From positions 1 through 53,352 of the IMG/VR virus record IMGVR_UViG_3300024518_002533: a stretch of 53,352 bases of DNA; one strand, 5' to 3'. Made by a program: the position numbers and the translations under genes. The notes under the pieces were generated by a model, which saw nothing but the letters and a program-made list of their open reading frames with translations, searched no databases and was not told where the DNA came from. This DNA comes from a virus (Duplodnaviria > Caudoviricetes). Below, in pieces: positions 1-8,746 of this stretch (its first letter is position 1; each line of letters opens with the position of its first letter).

Positions 1-166
1 CCAGAGCCATAGCCATAGCCAGAGCCAGAGCCAGAGCCATCGCCAGAGCCATCGCCATAGCCATAGCCATAGCCAGAGCCAGAGCCAGAGCCAGAGCCAT
101 CGCCATCGCCAGAGCCAGAGCCAGAGCCATCGCCATAGCCAGAGCCATCGCCATCGCCATAGCCAT
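1..166. repeat. Hexamer tandem array (CCAGAG/CCATAG/CCATCG); 1-125 identical to 53208-53332 (terminal overlap, circular genome)
   Basis: Unit-by-unit comparison of the two ends: 20 units plus 5 nt match, then the ends diverge. Confidence 0.9.
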
Positions 167-179
167 CAATTAGTTCCAT
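1..179 (-). CDS. Gly-rich (G-S/G-Y/G-D)n repeat protein, 5' part; continues across the circular junction
   Basis: ATG at 179 overlaps the end of the upstream gene. It reads MELIDGYGDGDGSGYGDGSG..., built from GGC-TCT/TAT/GAT dicodons. Not in the ORF track because it crosses the contig end. Confidence 0.75.
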   Translation of the reverse strand, partial: MELIDGYGDGDGSGYGDGSGSGSGDGDGSGSGSGSGYGYGYGDGSGDGSGSGSGYGYGS

Positions 180-492
180 GTGATTGTTTCCCCTCGATCG
201 ATTCTCGTGCAGCATCACTACAGCACGTAGTTGAGTACGCCTCTATGATCGTTTTTGTAGACACAGCTGGCGACAACTTCGAATCTTCGGATACTCCAGA
301 ATTCGCAACGCCTTCGTACCAGGCTTGTGTTTCGTCAAGCGGCTTGTGGTGCCAGATACGGCGCACACTTCGCAACTTAATACCGTCCTTTGTTGCCGCT
401 ACCACATACCCAGCGTTGATGCCTTCGTTTCTAGATCGCACTATCACGTATTCGTTTTTATTGGCGAATACGTTTTGTAGTTCTGTGTTCAT
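166..492 (-). CDS. DUF6948-like small phage protein
   Basis: Motif YVIVRSRNEGINAG...RRIW...GV...CS..ARESI. This family is typically followed by a Gly-repeat ORF in phages. SD AAGGA lies before the ATG at 492. Confidence 0.7.
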   Translation of the reverse strand: MNTELQNVFANKNEYVIVRSRNEGINAGYVVAATKDGIKLRSVRRIWHHKPLDETQAWYEGVANSGVSEDSKLSPAVSTKTIIEAYSTTCCSDAARESIEGKQSHGTN

Positions 493-530
493 TTTGGTTT
501 CCTTGTTCGTTTGAAAGTGAAAAGTTAAAA

Positions 531-776
531 GCACCCGGCTGGAGTCGAACCAGCAACTTCGTTACCACAGCAAGGATTCTCCCGATTTACCGGGCTGGAA
601 TGCAGAGTAGTGGGGTCTCCAGGACTCATTCGGAGTTTAATTGTCGGCGAGTAACCAAGCCACACGATCGTCCAGGTGTTGAGAACCCGCTGGTAATACA
701 GGGGACGGCAAAACATTTTTCCCAAACGAAACGCTGCTGGGCTACCGCAAGCGTTTACCAATTTCGCCACGGATGC
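531..776 (-). ncRNA. tRNA-like RNA with a ~190-nt structured insert replacing the anticodon arm
   Basis: 7-bp acceptor stem GCATCCG/CGGGTGC; tRNA-Leu-type D arm TGGCGAAATTGGTAAACGC; perfect T arm GCTGG-TTCGACT-CCAGC. Intergenic, starting 2 nt after the RecT stop. Confidence 0.75.
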
Positions 777-778
777 AA

Positions 779-1882
779 CTACTGTCCTACGTCGTCTTTT
801 GTTTCGAACAGATTACCTCCTTCGGCTGACTGTTTCGTTTCGAGCGCGTCGCGGAGCGGCACGGCTATTTCGCACAACTCTTTCTCTAGGTCTGGTTCCT
901 TGGCGATCGCCGCATTCAGGATTGAGTCGACTTCAGCTGGGTCGGTTGCATCGCTGACGAATTCCCGGAACTCTTGCAGGTGCGATACGACCGCTGGCGT
1001 CTGGTGGCTGACCGCGTCAACCTCCTCCGCTGCCTCGGTCGCGGCTGCCGCTGGTTCCGCTGGTTCCGCTGGTTCCGCTTCCTGCCTCTTGCGTTCCTTG
1101 CGGCTGCCGCTGGTGGTGGCGATTAACTTCTTGACGTCTCCAAACTGTACGCGGTTCGGGTCGTTTCCTAGTGCCTTATCTTCCGCTTCGATAAGCGTTT
1201 GAAGGTCGCGGTTAACTCCCGCGTCGATGGTCACCACTCGCCTAGCGTATCCGTTACGCCATAGCGTTTTGATTGCTTGCTCTTTGGGCCATTTGTTCCA
1301 GACCTTAGCGGTTTGCGCACAAGCCTTCGCTTTCTTGATGGTCTCGAGCGTCACGAAATGGAACTTCTGCGGCCGGCCGTCGCGGTAGGTGATGCGCAGA
1401 TATCCGCCCTTTAGGTTGCTTAGGTCTTGCTCTACTTCACGATCTACGAACGGGTCGAAGTCGTGCCCGAATGAACCGTCGCTGTGCCGCTTGTAGTTCT
1501 CACCAACGAACACCAACTCATGCTCGATATAGAACACGTTCGGGTGACGTTCCATCACGGCTTTTAGCCCTTGCCATTGCGGCATGACGTCCATTTCAAA
1601 GACGCCTGTTGGCTTGCCGTTGTCGCGAATCTCGCGAGGTATCAACGCGACGTGTCCGAGCGTCGGCAACAGGTTCAACGCCGCGCAAACGTGCGCCGCT
1701 TTGAACTTACTGATGTCCGTGCATCCCTCTAGCTCTGGTTTCATGCAAGCGATTGCAAACTGAGACACAAATTCTTCTTCGTCAATCCATCCGCTGAGCG
1801 CTTTCGATACTCGGTTTTGAATCGTCGGATTATCCAACCAACCTGAAAACTTATTCTGCTTTGCTACTACTGCCGTACTCAT
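779..1882 (-). CDS. recT: RecT-family single-strand annealing recombinase
   Basis: Motifs LNLLPTLGHVALIPR, PQWQGL, W.KWP.EQAIKTLWR; acidic C-terminal tail; adjacent to an exonuclease. Confidence 0.85.
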   Translation of the reverse strand: MSTAVVAKQNKFSGWLDNPTIQNRVSKALSGWIDEEEFVSQFAIACMKPELEGCTDISKFKAAHVCAALNLLPTLGHVALIPREIRDNGKPTGVFEMDVMPQWQGLKAVMERHPNVFYIEHELVFVGENYKRHSDGSFGHDFDPFVDREVEQDLSNLKGGYLRITYRDGRPQKFHFVTLETIKKAKACAQTAKVWNKWPKEQAIKTLWRNGYARRVVTIDAGVNRDLQTLIEAEDKALGNDPNRVQFGDVKKLIATTSGSRKERKRQEAEPAEPAEPAAAATEAAEEVDAVSHQTPAVVSHLQEFREFVSDATDPAEVDSILNAAIAKEPDLEKELCEIAVPLRDALETKQSAEGGNLFETKDDVGQ

Positions 1883-1973
1883 CTTTTTACCTTTCTGTTG
1901 TTCCAAAAACACTGGCTGCGGTTGCCTCCGCAACCAGCGCGTAGCCCGTCAACAAGACGAGCCGACCTAACGT

Positions 1974-2219
1974 TCACGTTCCATCGCCGATTCGAATGGA
2001 CTCGCCTATCCCAAGACGTTCTGCTAATTCCATCTGCTCAGGCGTGATACTTCCACTTCCGAGAAGCTCAACGACACGATTAACTAATGCTGGCGGGTCG
2101 TGATTATGCTCAATTGGTGCCTGCGATACAGTTCCGCATCGTGGACACCAGAACCACGGTTCGATTCCGCCGTTTAAGTTTTGCATTGTGTGGTCGCATG
2201 TTGGACAAGCCATTTTCAA
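1974..2219 (-). CDS. Small zinc-ribbon protein
   Basis: CPTC...CPRC motifs; start overlaps the upstream stop. Confidence 0.6.
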   Translation of the reverse strand: MKMACPTCDHTMQNLNGGIEPWFWCPRCGTVSQAPIEHNHDPPALVNRVVELLGSGSITPEQMELAERLGIGESIRIGDGT

Positions 2220-3256
2220 ACCTCGTACTGACGGTCACGGTTGATGTATGCCGGCATGGATAGTGTAACCATTTCGGCGTCCTCTTCGTCACCCCACTCG
2301 AAGTTTTTTATCTGCTGCAACACCTCGTCGAGCCGATCGTCGCCCCACTGCATCCAAGTTTCTGGAACGTCATAGGGTCGAATGCGATACGAGCCAGTGT
2401 TTTCGATGGCACAAACCGCCGTTGTGTAGTGTCCGCTTCCCTCGCGATTCGCTCGAAATCCTCGACGATAAACCGCTAACTGTAGGGCGTAGTCTCCGTT
2501 GTGCATCTCGTCGCTAAACCGCTTCGGTTTTACATACCGCGTCGTTTTCCAGTCGACGATTCGGTGGTCTTCGTTGTCGATACAATCCAGCTTGCAACGC
2601 ATCGGCAAGCTTGTTTTTTCGTCCACCCAATCGAAGTAAACCTCTTTCTCCTCCGACTTCAGCCACGCGTTAGCCTCGCTGTTTTTTAGTAGCTGGTTGT
2701 AGACGTGCGCGTACGTGTTGAATTCTTCACTGGTGAACGCAATTTTGTCGCCATGTTGCGACTTCCAATCGACGTAATTTGAGATTTTGTCGCGCGTTCC
2801 AGCTGGAACTATTTTTCCTACCTGCTGTTTCTTCCACACTTGGTACGCCTTGCGACCTCGGCGCCCTTCGAACGTGCCGTCATCGTTGTAGGCCGACAGC
2901 AATTCGGGCGGTGCGTTTTTCGGCGTAGGTTCCTCCACCCAGCTTGCGGACTCGGCTATTTTGTCGTCGCTGAATGTTTCGAAGTCTTCGCCTACCTCAA
3001 CGGTGATATGCTGAGGACCGCCAAGCTCGAGCATGAAATGTACGTAGCTTCCGAATATTATTGCTGGCGTAGGTTTTTCCGCTTCCCAGTCTTTTGCCAC
3101 GAACCGGTGATACCACTTAGTTCTATCGTCAATGAAAACCTTAATTTGCGATGCAGAAAAAGACTCGAGCGCGTGATAGCGTTTGTTGTCTTCGATTGCG
3201 TCCATTAGTCGAGTCTGTCTGATAGTGCCAGTAAAATTTATATCGGTATTCAGCAT
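2216..3256 (-). CDS. PD-(D/E)XK exonuclease, ExoVIII/RecE C-terminal-like (DUF3799 type)
   Basis: YHA...SASQIK, FGS.VH...LE, RCKLD, IVDWKTT, YALQLAVY; paired with RecT. Confidence 0.85.
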   Translation of the reverse strand: MLNTDINFTGTIRQTRLMDAIEDNKRYHALESFSASQIKVFIDDRTKWYHRFVAKDWEAEKPTPAIIFGSYVHFMLELGGPQHITVEVGEDFETFSDDKIAESASWVEEPTPKNAPPELLSAYNDDGTFEGRRGRKAYQVWKKQQVGKIVPAGTRDKISNYVDWKSQHGDKIAFTSEEFNTYAHVYNQLLKNSEANAWLKSEEKEVYFDWVDEKTSLPMRCKLDCIDNEDHRIVDWKTTRYVKPKRFSDEMHNGDYALQLAVYRRGFRANREGSGHYTTAVCAIENTGSYRIRPYDVPETWMQWGDDRLDEVLQQIKNFEWGDEEDAEMVTLSMPAYINRDRQYEV

Positions 3257-3362
3257 TTTTTTATCCTCGGATTGAATTAAATCGTTTTTGAAAAACTGCC
3301 TTGCCCCGGTCGTCCATCTCCGGGGCTCCTTGGCAACACAACCGTACGGGTGTCCGTCCCGC

Positions 3363-3503
3363 CTAGTCGTACCAAATATCGGCGTATTCCTCAGATAGAC
3401 GGTCTTCGCGGTCTTCGTCCGTCTCGTGCTCGAAGTCGCCGTCGATCAGCTCGTCTAGTTCGTCGTCGGTTTGTTGTGGCAGAACGCCAAGAATGCTTTC
3501 CAT
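3363..3503 (-). CDS. Small acidic hypothetical protein
   Basis: 46 aa from MESILG, with SD GAGG; D/E-rich. Confidence 0.45.
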   Translation of the reverse strand: MESILGVLPQQTDDELDELIDGDFEHETDEDREDRLSEEYADIWYD

Positions 3504-3711
3504 GTTTTTGCCTCGTTGCAAAGAGTGTGAGAATTGTTCAGCTACGAGTATCCTAGTCACCGTATCGGTTCCCGTCAACAGGTATCGTGAAAATAAACTC
3601 CCGCTTGTCTCGGCAGGGAAAGGTAATCCACCTGCCGAGACTCAAACGGCGATTCTCACGGCACCGTGCGGGGTTAACCTGTTGAGGTGTTTCTTCGATC
3701 TGCGCCGCACT

Positions 3712-3996
3712 CTAACCCACCGATTTGGTTACCGCAAGCCAGACGACGGCGCTTCGTCCGCTGCGAGTCTTCCGCCGTAATCCTGAATCGAGAATCAACC
3801 CGGACTGTCGCAGCTCGCGAATGAACGCCAGCACCCGCGCTCGCAGCGAGCCGGCGACCGGCTCGATTGATTCCGCCGCTGATTCGCTGGTATCGCTACC
3901 GGCGACGTACGGAGCTGTCCGGCTGGCTGCCGCCTGCTTGTCCGCTAGGTCTCGAGCGTGCTCCGCTGTGTCGAATTTGTCGAAGAGGTCGCTCAT
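3712..3996 (-). CDS. Hypothetical protein, winged-helix-like family (middle helices appear missing)
   Basis: DTS..AAESI...LRARVLAFI...GLILDSGLRRKTRSGRSAVVW; start overlaps the upstream stop. Confidence 0.55.
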   Translation of the reverse strand: MSDLFDKFDTAEHARDLADKQAAASRTAPYVAGSDTSESAAESIEPVAGSLRARVLAFIRELRQSGLILDSGLRRKTRSGRSAVVWLAVTKSVG

Positions 3997-4484
3997 GGCT
4001 TCACCTTCGGCGCAACCATCGAACCGGGTGGCAGCGGTATTTCTGCGCCGGGCAGGTCGCCGTACGGCCAATCATCGCCGTCGCGTTCCCACTGCTGGCG
4101 GATAGCCTCAATTTCCGATCTGGTCTGCGGACGCCAAAGGTGAAGGGAGAATTCATGGAAGTTTCGATAGTCCGACTCGGGCGGGTGCAATTGCATCACC
4201 GCTTCATGTGGTTCGAAGCACCAATTCTTGACCTGGCACATCTCACCCCACGTCGGGCATCGCGTTTTGAATGAAACCGAAACGTGGTCCCAACCGCCCC
4301 CGTCTGAGGTTCGAACGGTCATCCCCTTTCGGATAAAATGGCGGTTGTGTTCGTCAATCGCCTCGGTGCAGTAGCTGTTCAGCGCTTCGTCAAATTTTGC
4401 TCTCATGTTCGGCTTTCTGTTGGAATTGATACAAATGGTCCGACATTGGTCCGACATTGGTGGAAACGGTTTCCACCACCTCAC
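3993..4484 (-). CDS. Conserved phage protein (DUF7694-like)
   Basis: GWDHVSVS...RCPTWGEMCQVK..F...EAVMQLHP..SDY.N.H...LHLWRP motif. Confidence 0.7.
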   Translation of the reverse strand: MRWWKPFPPMSDQCRTICINSNRKPNMRAKFDEALNSYCTEAIDEHNRHFIRKGMTVRTSDGGGWDHVSVSFKTRCPTWGEMCQVKNWCFEPHEAVMQLHPPESDYRNFHEFSLHLWRPQTRSEIEAIRQQWERDGDDWPYGDLPGAEIPLPPGSMVAPKVKP

Positions 4485-4524
4485 GCAATCGCCTTGCCGA
4501 CCAGCTCGTCGCCTGGCTTGCGTT

Positions 4525-5124
4525 CTAATCCTCTGGCGACTCGGAAGTCGGGTTGGGCGGTGCGCTCGCTAGAACGCCTCTGGGGGCTCGAAACCCTAAT
4601 CTTCGGGTCTTGCCGCGAAAGTCGCCAGCAATCCAGACTTCGGCCGGAAGGCGTGTTGAAAGCCCGCACAAAGGCCCGCAGTCGGTACTGAGCACGCCCC
4701 GCCGCACAAATCCGGTGTAGATGCGGTCAAACTCCTTTCTTATCCACTTTTCCTGCGATTCCCCCTCCGCGAACCTGTCGCACATAGCCACCCAGCCGCC
4801 CATCGCTCGAATCGTTGCGGTTAGTGCTTTGTCGACGAATTGAACATGGACGTATGGGCCAGTTCTGATGCACTGGCATAGCTCCATCCAGGCCTGGTCA
4901 CATCGCGCCGAACCCTCGATTCTTCCCGCAAATTCGCGTATTTCTACGATAGTTGGCATGAATTTGAGCGATTTCATAGCCTCAGTGACGCCCCTTTCTA
5001 GTTCCCGCAGCTCTAAGTCTCGTAAACCCATCCAGAACCCGCCGAAATTGCTGATTTTCCGCCCGAAACAGTCAGCCAGCCCGCTAATGATCGTGACGAA
5101 TTGCTCTTTGTCGGTGTCTTTCAT
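4525..5124 (-). CDS. Helicase loader/inhibitor-like protein with DUF6475-like domain
   Basis: KFMPTIVEIR followed by AW..L...I..GPY..V.F.D......IRAMGGW; directly after the replication initiator. Confidence 0.7.
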   Translation of the reverse strand: MKDTDKEQFVTIISGLADCFGRKISNFGGFWMGLRDLELRELERGVTEAMKSLKFMPTIVEIREFAGRIEGSARCDQAWMELCQCIRTGPYVHVQFVDKALTATIRAMGGWVAMCDRFAEGESQEKWIRKEFDRIYTGFVRRGVLSTDCGPLCGLSTRLPAEVWIAGDFRGKTRRLGFRAPRGVLASAPPNPTSESPED

Positions 5125-6062
5125 CGTCCATCTCCGTCTAGGAATCGCTGGGCGGCTTCGAAGTTGCGCGCGGTCGTGTCGTGTACAACCACCCGCTGCC
5201 ATGAATCGGGGTTGTCGTCATACCGGCCGTTATCGAGCCAGCGGTAGACTTTCATCGGCGACCGGTCGAGGGGGTTTGCGTCCGTCGAAATGCACCAAAG
5301 ACGAAGTTTTTCGGTGATAAACCCCTCAGCCTGACCAGTTTTCGAAAATTTTTCTGTTAGCGCTGGATCTCCTAGCGCCTGACTCCACGCCTTGAACGTG
5401 CGCGCCTTGTCTGTGGCATGGACCCCTATGATGTTCCACATGCGCAGGAACTCGGGCGTATATGCCGCTCGCTTGCGCTTCGGCTTGGGCGCTGCGCTGG
5501 CTGTCGCCTCGCTGGCTGGTGGTGGTGGTGGTTTAGCGGAGTGCTCGGACGGAGCATCGCTGGCTAGCGCCTCGCTCGCTCCACTTACTTCGTAAGTTGT
5601 TCCTGTCTCTGTTCCTGTGGGCGCAAAGTGTCCCGCACTTGTCCCGGAATTGTCCGGGACATTGTCCGGGACATCCTGTTTTTCCGCTGTTTTTGATACC
5701 CTTTGGCTCTTTTTGCGCTCACGTTCGTACTGCTTGCGCTGTTCTGCGCCTCCGAACCATCGCTCCCAGTTCGGTATTTCGAGGCTAGGTCTGCCGTGGT
5801 CGTCCTTCCATTCTTTTAGCCAGCCGTGCTTTTCCATTAGCTGCGGGAAGTCGTGTAGATGGGTCGAGCCCTCCAGCGCTTCTATCGAAACTCCGTGCGC
5901 TATCCCAGATTCGGTATGTGAAGCAAACCACCCCCAAACTGAATGTAGGTATCCGACGATCACCTCGGGACGCTGTTTGATTTCTGCCGCCATCATGGCG
6001 ACTGTGGGGTCTGTTGCGAGGTCAATTCGCATCACGATAAAGAACTTGCCGGTCCTGCTCAT
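5121..6062 (-). CDS. Phage replication initiator protein
   Basis: N-terminal MRIDLATDP.V...VG.L..VW.W...GWL...IPNWERW...ERERKK.QR pattern; internal iteron repeats; C-terminal F..MW...WL..GRYDD. Confidence 0.75.
   Translation of the reverse strand: MSRTGKFFIVMRIDLATDPTVAMMAAEIKQRPEVIVGYLHSVWGWFASHTESGIAHGVSIEALEGSTHLHDFPQLMEKHGWLKEWKDDHGRPSLEIPNWERWFGGAEQRKQYERERKKSQRVSKTAEKQDVPDNVPDNSGTSAGHFAPTGTETGTTYEVSGASEALASDAPSEHSAKPPPPPASEATASAAPKPKRKRAAYTPEFLRMWNIIGVHATDKARTFKAWSQALGDPALTEKFSKTGQAEGFITEKLRLWCISTDANPLDRSPMKVYRWLDNGRYDDNPDSWQRVVVHDTTARNFEAAQRFLDGDGR
5629..5672. repeat. Iteron-like repeats (TGTCCCG/TGTCCGGGACA) inside the initiator gene; probable replication origin
   Basis: gtcccgcacttgtcccggaattgtccgggacattgtccgggaca; same placement as in lambda O-type initiators. 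Confidence 0.6.
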
Positions 6063-6076
6063 TTCCAGATAACTCC

Positions 6077-6167
6077 ACGAAAAACGCCCGCAATCTCTAG
6101 CAGGCATCACTATGCTCGAGACGGGGCGTTTTTTCGTATTTGGATTGTGGCGAGCTAGGGTGACGCC
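6077..6167 (-). promoter_or_regulatory. Terminator/antiterminator-like leader upstream of the replication initiator
   Basis: Stem CGAAAAAACGCCC...GGGCGTTTTTCG; upstream GGCGTCAC..TAGCTCG can pair instead with the loop sequence CGAGCATAGTGATGCC. Confidence 0.5.
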
Positions 6168-6213
6168 GACTCGCGAATGGTCATTGTGGTCGGCGTTCCT
6201 GTCACCGTCAAGG

Positions 6214-6960
6214 TTATTCCAGCAGCTTCCAATACCGATCGCCTACCAAAATCCCCTCAGCGCCTTGCATGCTCAGCCAGTCGATCCGCTTGCCCTGGCG
6301 GTAGAGGTCGATGCAATGCTCCGCCGTCAGATTTGACGTAATCCCGTTGCCGTCCGGGTTGTGCTTATGCTGCACCTTATTGACGTCTTGGGTGATAAGA
6401 CACCCGATGCCCGTTGATGCGATTGTGCGGGTCCTGCGGTCCTTGTGGATCTGCCCAACGATTTGCGCCTCGATGTCATTGGGAACCTCGAACAGATGGG
6501 AAAGACTGAACGCACGGCGGATGTCATCGACACGATGAATGCTAGATGAAATGTCAAACGGGTAGTCTCTGTGGATCTCACCCGCCGAGCCGGCTTTCCA
6601 GCACGCCCGACCGTCCGCTGTTCGTCCACTTCGAAGCGTGACCATGTCAACGGCTGGGTTATCAAGAGCCGCTTCACATTTTTGTGGAATCCATGGATTC
6701 GTCCACACGGAATCGTCAACGCTAAATTGCACGGTCTTATGAGTTGTTGACGTAAGCCTAGTGCGGATCGTATTGTCGAATCCTGTTGGCCGCTGTTCCC
6801 ACTTGACCCATTGAAACAAGTTTCTGAGGTCATAGTATTCTGGCGTCATAGTATGCACCGAAACGACTACCTCAGATAGCCCGCGCTGGTTGTGCATCAG
6901 GCTTTCAAGATGTGCCGTTAGCTGTAGCGGTCGGTCTTTCGTGAATATGATATTTAGCAT
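6214..6960 (-). CDS. Glycosyltransferase (GT-A-like)
   Basis: IIFTKDRPLQL..HLESL, FSVDD motif, YPF.IS..I, PNDIE. Confidence 0.7.
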   Translation of the reverse strand: MLNIIFTKDRPLQLTAHLESLMHNQRGLSEVVVSVHTMTPEYYDLRNLFQWVKWEQRPTGFDNTIRTRLTSTTHKTVQFSVDDSVWTNPWIPQKCEAALDNPAVDMVTLRSGRTADGRACWKAGSAGEIHRDYPFDISSSIHRVDDIRRAFSLSHLFEVPNDIEAQIVGQIHKDRRTRTIASTGIGCLITQDVNKVQHKHNPDGNGITSNLTAEHCIDLYRQGKRIDWLSMQGAEGILVGDRYWKLLE

Positions 6961-8363
6961 TAAAGTTTTCTCCAGCATCCCCAAGCCGCGTTACGCATGA
7001 CGCCTCGATGGATGCGTTGAAGTCCAGTTGTTGTGATTCTGTTTTGGCAGCATTCCCACCAATCCCAGATACGCGCCGCCCTCGCTCGCTCAAAGTCTGC
7101 TGCGGTGTCAAAGTAATCGTGAACCATGACGACGTCGCCCGACTTTAGATACTTGGAGTATCTGCAAAACTCTTCTGGCTTATTTCCACCGTCGCAAATC
7201 AAAAGCGTCTTTCCTTTAGACATAAGTGAAGCGTTGTTCGCCTCGACGGCATCCTCAAACACGTTCGCTTCGATGTAGGTAACTCGGTCGTCGGTGACCT
7301 CTCGCAACTCTTCTTTCTTGTCGATGGACAACACGGCGCCGTAGTCCACTAGATGCTTTGCTAATCCTCCCTTTCCAGTTCCTAGCTCGATGATGTAATC
7401 CGGCTTCCAATCCGAAAACAAAGCTTCGAACGCTGGGACCATCGCGGGACTCTGTTGCGAGTGCGGGTAGAATTCAATCTCCTTTTTAGACAGCATCCAA
7501 AGCAGCATATCCCTAATTCCGTTGGCTAGATAATCCATGTGCGAATACTCGATTAGCTCGCGCCGCATGCCTTCTAGATACTCTCTCTTGGCGTCGTATT
7601 GCTCTAGCGCGACTCGCGCCGCATCGCCGATATCCGAGAAGTCTGGTTCGCAGTAGACGACATTGTCCTGCCATGGGTTACACGATACGTCCATCGAAGG
7701 TTGTCGCGGTTTAACAATCATCGCGCAGCCCAACACGGCTTCGTAGTCTCGCCAGCTGATTTCGCATACTCCCCACGGACTCACTACGACCTTGGAACGT
7801 GCTGCGAGATTATAGGAATCCTGCCACGACAAAAGCCTAGGTCTGCCACCAAATACGCTAACAGTCTTATTGCGTGCGACTTGATGCCAATTCGCCATCA
7901 ATCGGCTTCGGTGTGCTGTCGCGAACGGAATCGAAGGGTAGTAAACCGTGCCAGCGAAAGTAACGTCAAACCTCTTTGGTAGGACGTGTAGCGTTAAGCC
8001 CGGAACCTGGTCCCAAGGCAGCGTAGTAATGGATCGAGTCGGCTTATTCGATGGTGGCGGCTCATTCCAGACTCCATGACTGATGCTAGTTCCGCGTGAC
8101 CTGATCGGTAAAACATATCCTAAAACATCGGGGTTTGATTCGTGTTTTTCTACCGAGTAGGACGTCGCCGCCGACGTGTCGAACCGATCGAGAATAACCG
8201 TGTTCGGTTCAACGTCGTCCACGCAGGTATCTTGGAACGTGACGTCCTGCCCTTCGTCGACCACTTCAACACCCAACTTCTTCAGTTCCACGATGCACTT
8301 CGCGGAATTCATGGGGCGTACCCACTGACCGTCATCAGCGGGGAAGTTGAATTTGACTCTCAT
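6960..8363 (-). CDS. Glycosyltransferase (GT-B-like) fused to a CmcI-like SAM methyltransferase
   Basis: SKVVVSPWG..EISWRDYEAVLGC; C-terminal PDYIIELGTGKGG...SID...ICDGG...MVHD. Confidence 0.7.
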   Translation of the reverse strand: MRVKFNFPADDGQWVRPMNSAKCIVELKKLGVEVVDEGQDVTFQDTCVDDVEPNTVILDRFDTSAATSYSVEKHESNPDVLGYVLPIRSRGTSISHGVWNEPPPSNKPTRSITTLPWDQVPGLTLHVLPKRFDVTFAGTVYYPSIPFATAHRSRLMANWHQVARNKTVSVFGGRPRLLSWQDSYNLAARSKVVVSPWGVCEISWRDYEAVLGCAMIVKPRQPSMDVSCNPWQDNVVYCEPDFSDIGDAARVALEQYDAKREYLEGMRRELIEYSHMDYLANGIRDMLLWMLSKKEIEFYPHSQQSPAMVPAFEALFSDWKPDYIIELGTGKGGLAKHLVDYGAVLSIDKKEELREVTDDRVTYIEANVFEDAVEANNASLMSKGKTLLICDGGNKPEEFCRYSKYLKSGDVVMVHDYFDTAADFERARAARIWDWWECCQNRITTTGLQRIHRGVMRNAAWGCWRKL

Positions 8364-8746
8364 GATTTACCTACGTGCGGGAGATCCTTTGGTGCGCCCT
8401 TGCCGATACGCTCTGCAAACTTCGCCCACTCGTTAGTTAGGTTTGAATAGGACAAATAAACATCAAGCGGAGCATTCAGGAATGATCCGGAACTACGAAC
8501 CGATTCCTTTGGAACTTCGAACTTTTCACAGAAACTATCGATGCGTGCTTCTTCGTCTCGAATCACGGTGAATGTCGTGTAAGCTTCCCAAAACTGTTCG
8601 TATTCCAGACGAGCCTTGGATGCCGAAATGTGCTTGGTGTCTTGGTCGATGGACCACCAATCCTTACCTACAAGTGCAACCTCAATAGACGTTCCGGCGG
8701 TCCTCGGGATGTGTACGAAAATAACCTTATGCACGTGTGAAATCAT
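8360..8746 (-). CDS. Sulfotransferase family 2-like protein (short)
   Basis: PAPS-binding motif IFVHIPRTAGTSIE, then KH and FTVIR. Confidence 0.75.
   Translation of the reverse strand: MISHVHKVIFVHIPRTAGTSIEVALVGKDWWSIDQDTKHISASKARLEYEQFWEAYTTFTVIRDEEARIDSFCEKFEVPKESVRSSGSFLNAPLDVYLSYSNLTNEWAKFAERIGKGAPKDLPHVGKS

Noticed and set aside
1-166. CRISPR array or true terminal repeats
   Set aside because: Hexamer coding microsatellite with no spacers; the end overlap is best explained by an assembly break in a repeat of a circular sequence.
531-600. Standalone tRNA-His (CT-GTG-GT loop near the T arm)
   Set aside because: The local 5' strand pairs poorly with the acceptor 3' strand and there is no anticodon stem; the true partner strand is at 770-776.
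560-745. Group I intron in a tRNA anticodon loop
   Set aside because: No ordered P7 R/S elements were found, and removing the insert does not rebuild a canonical 7-nt anticodon loop.
600-1202. Long plus-strand ORFs antisense to real genes (also 5617-6072, 25580-26104, 42270-42815)
   Set aside because: Shadow ORFs of GC-rich minus-strand genes; no RBS or recognisable motifs.
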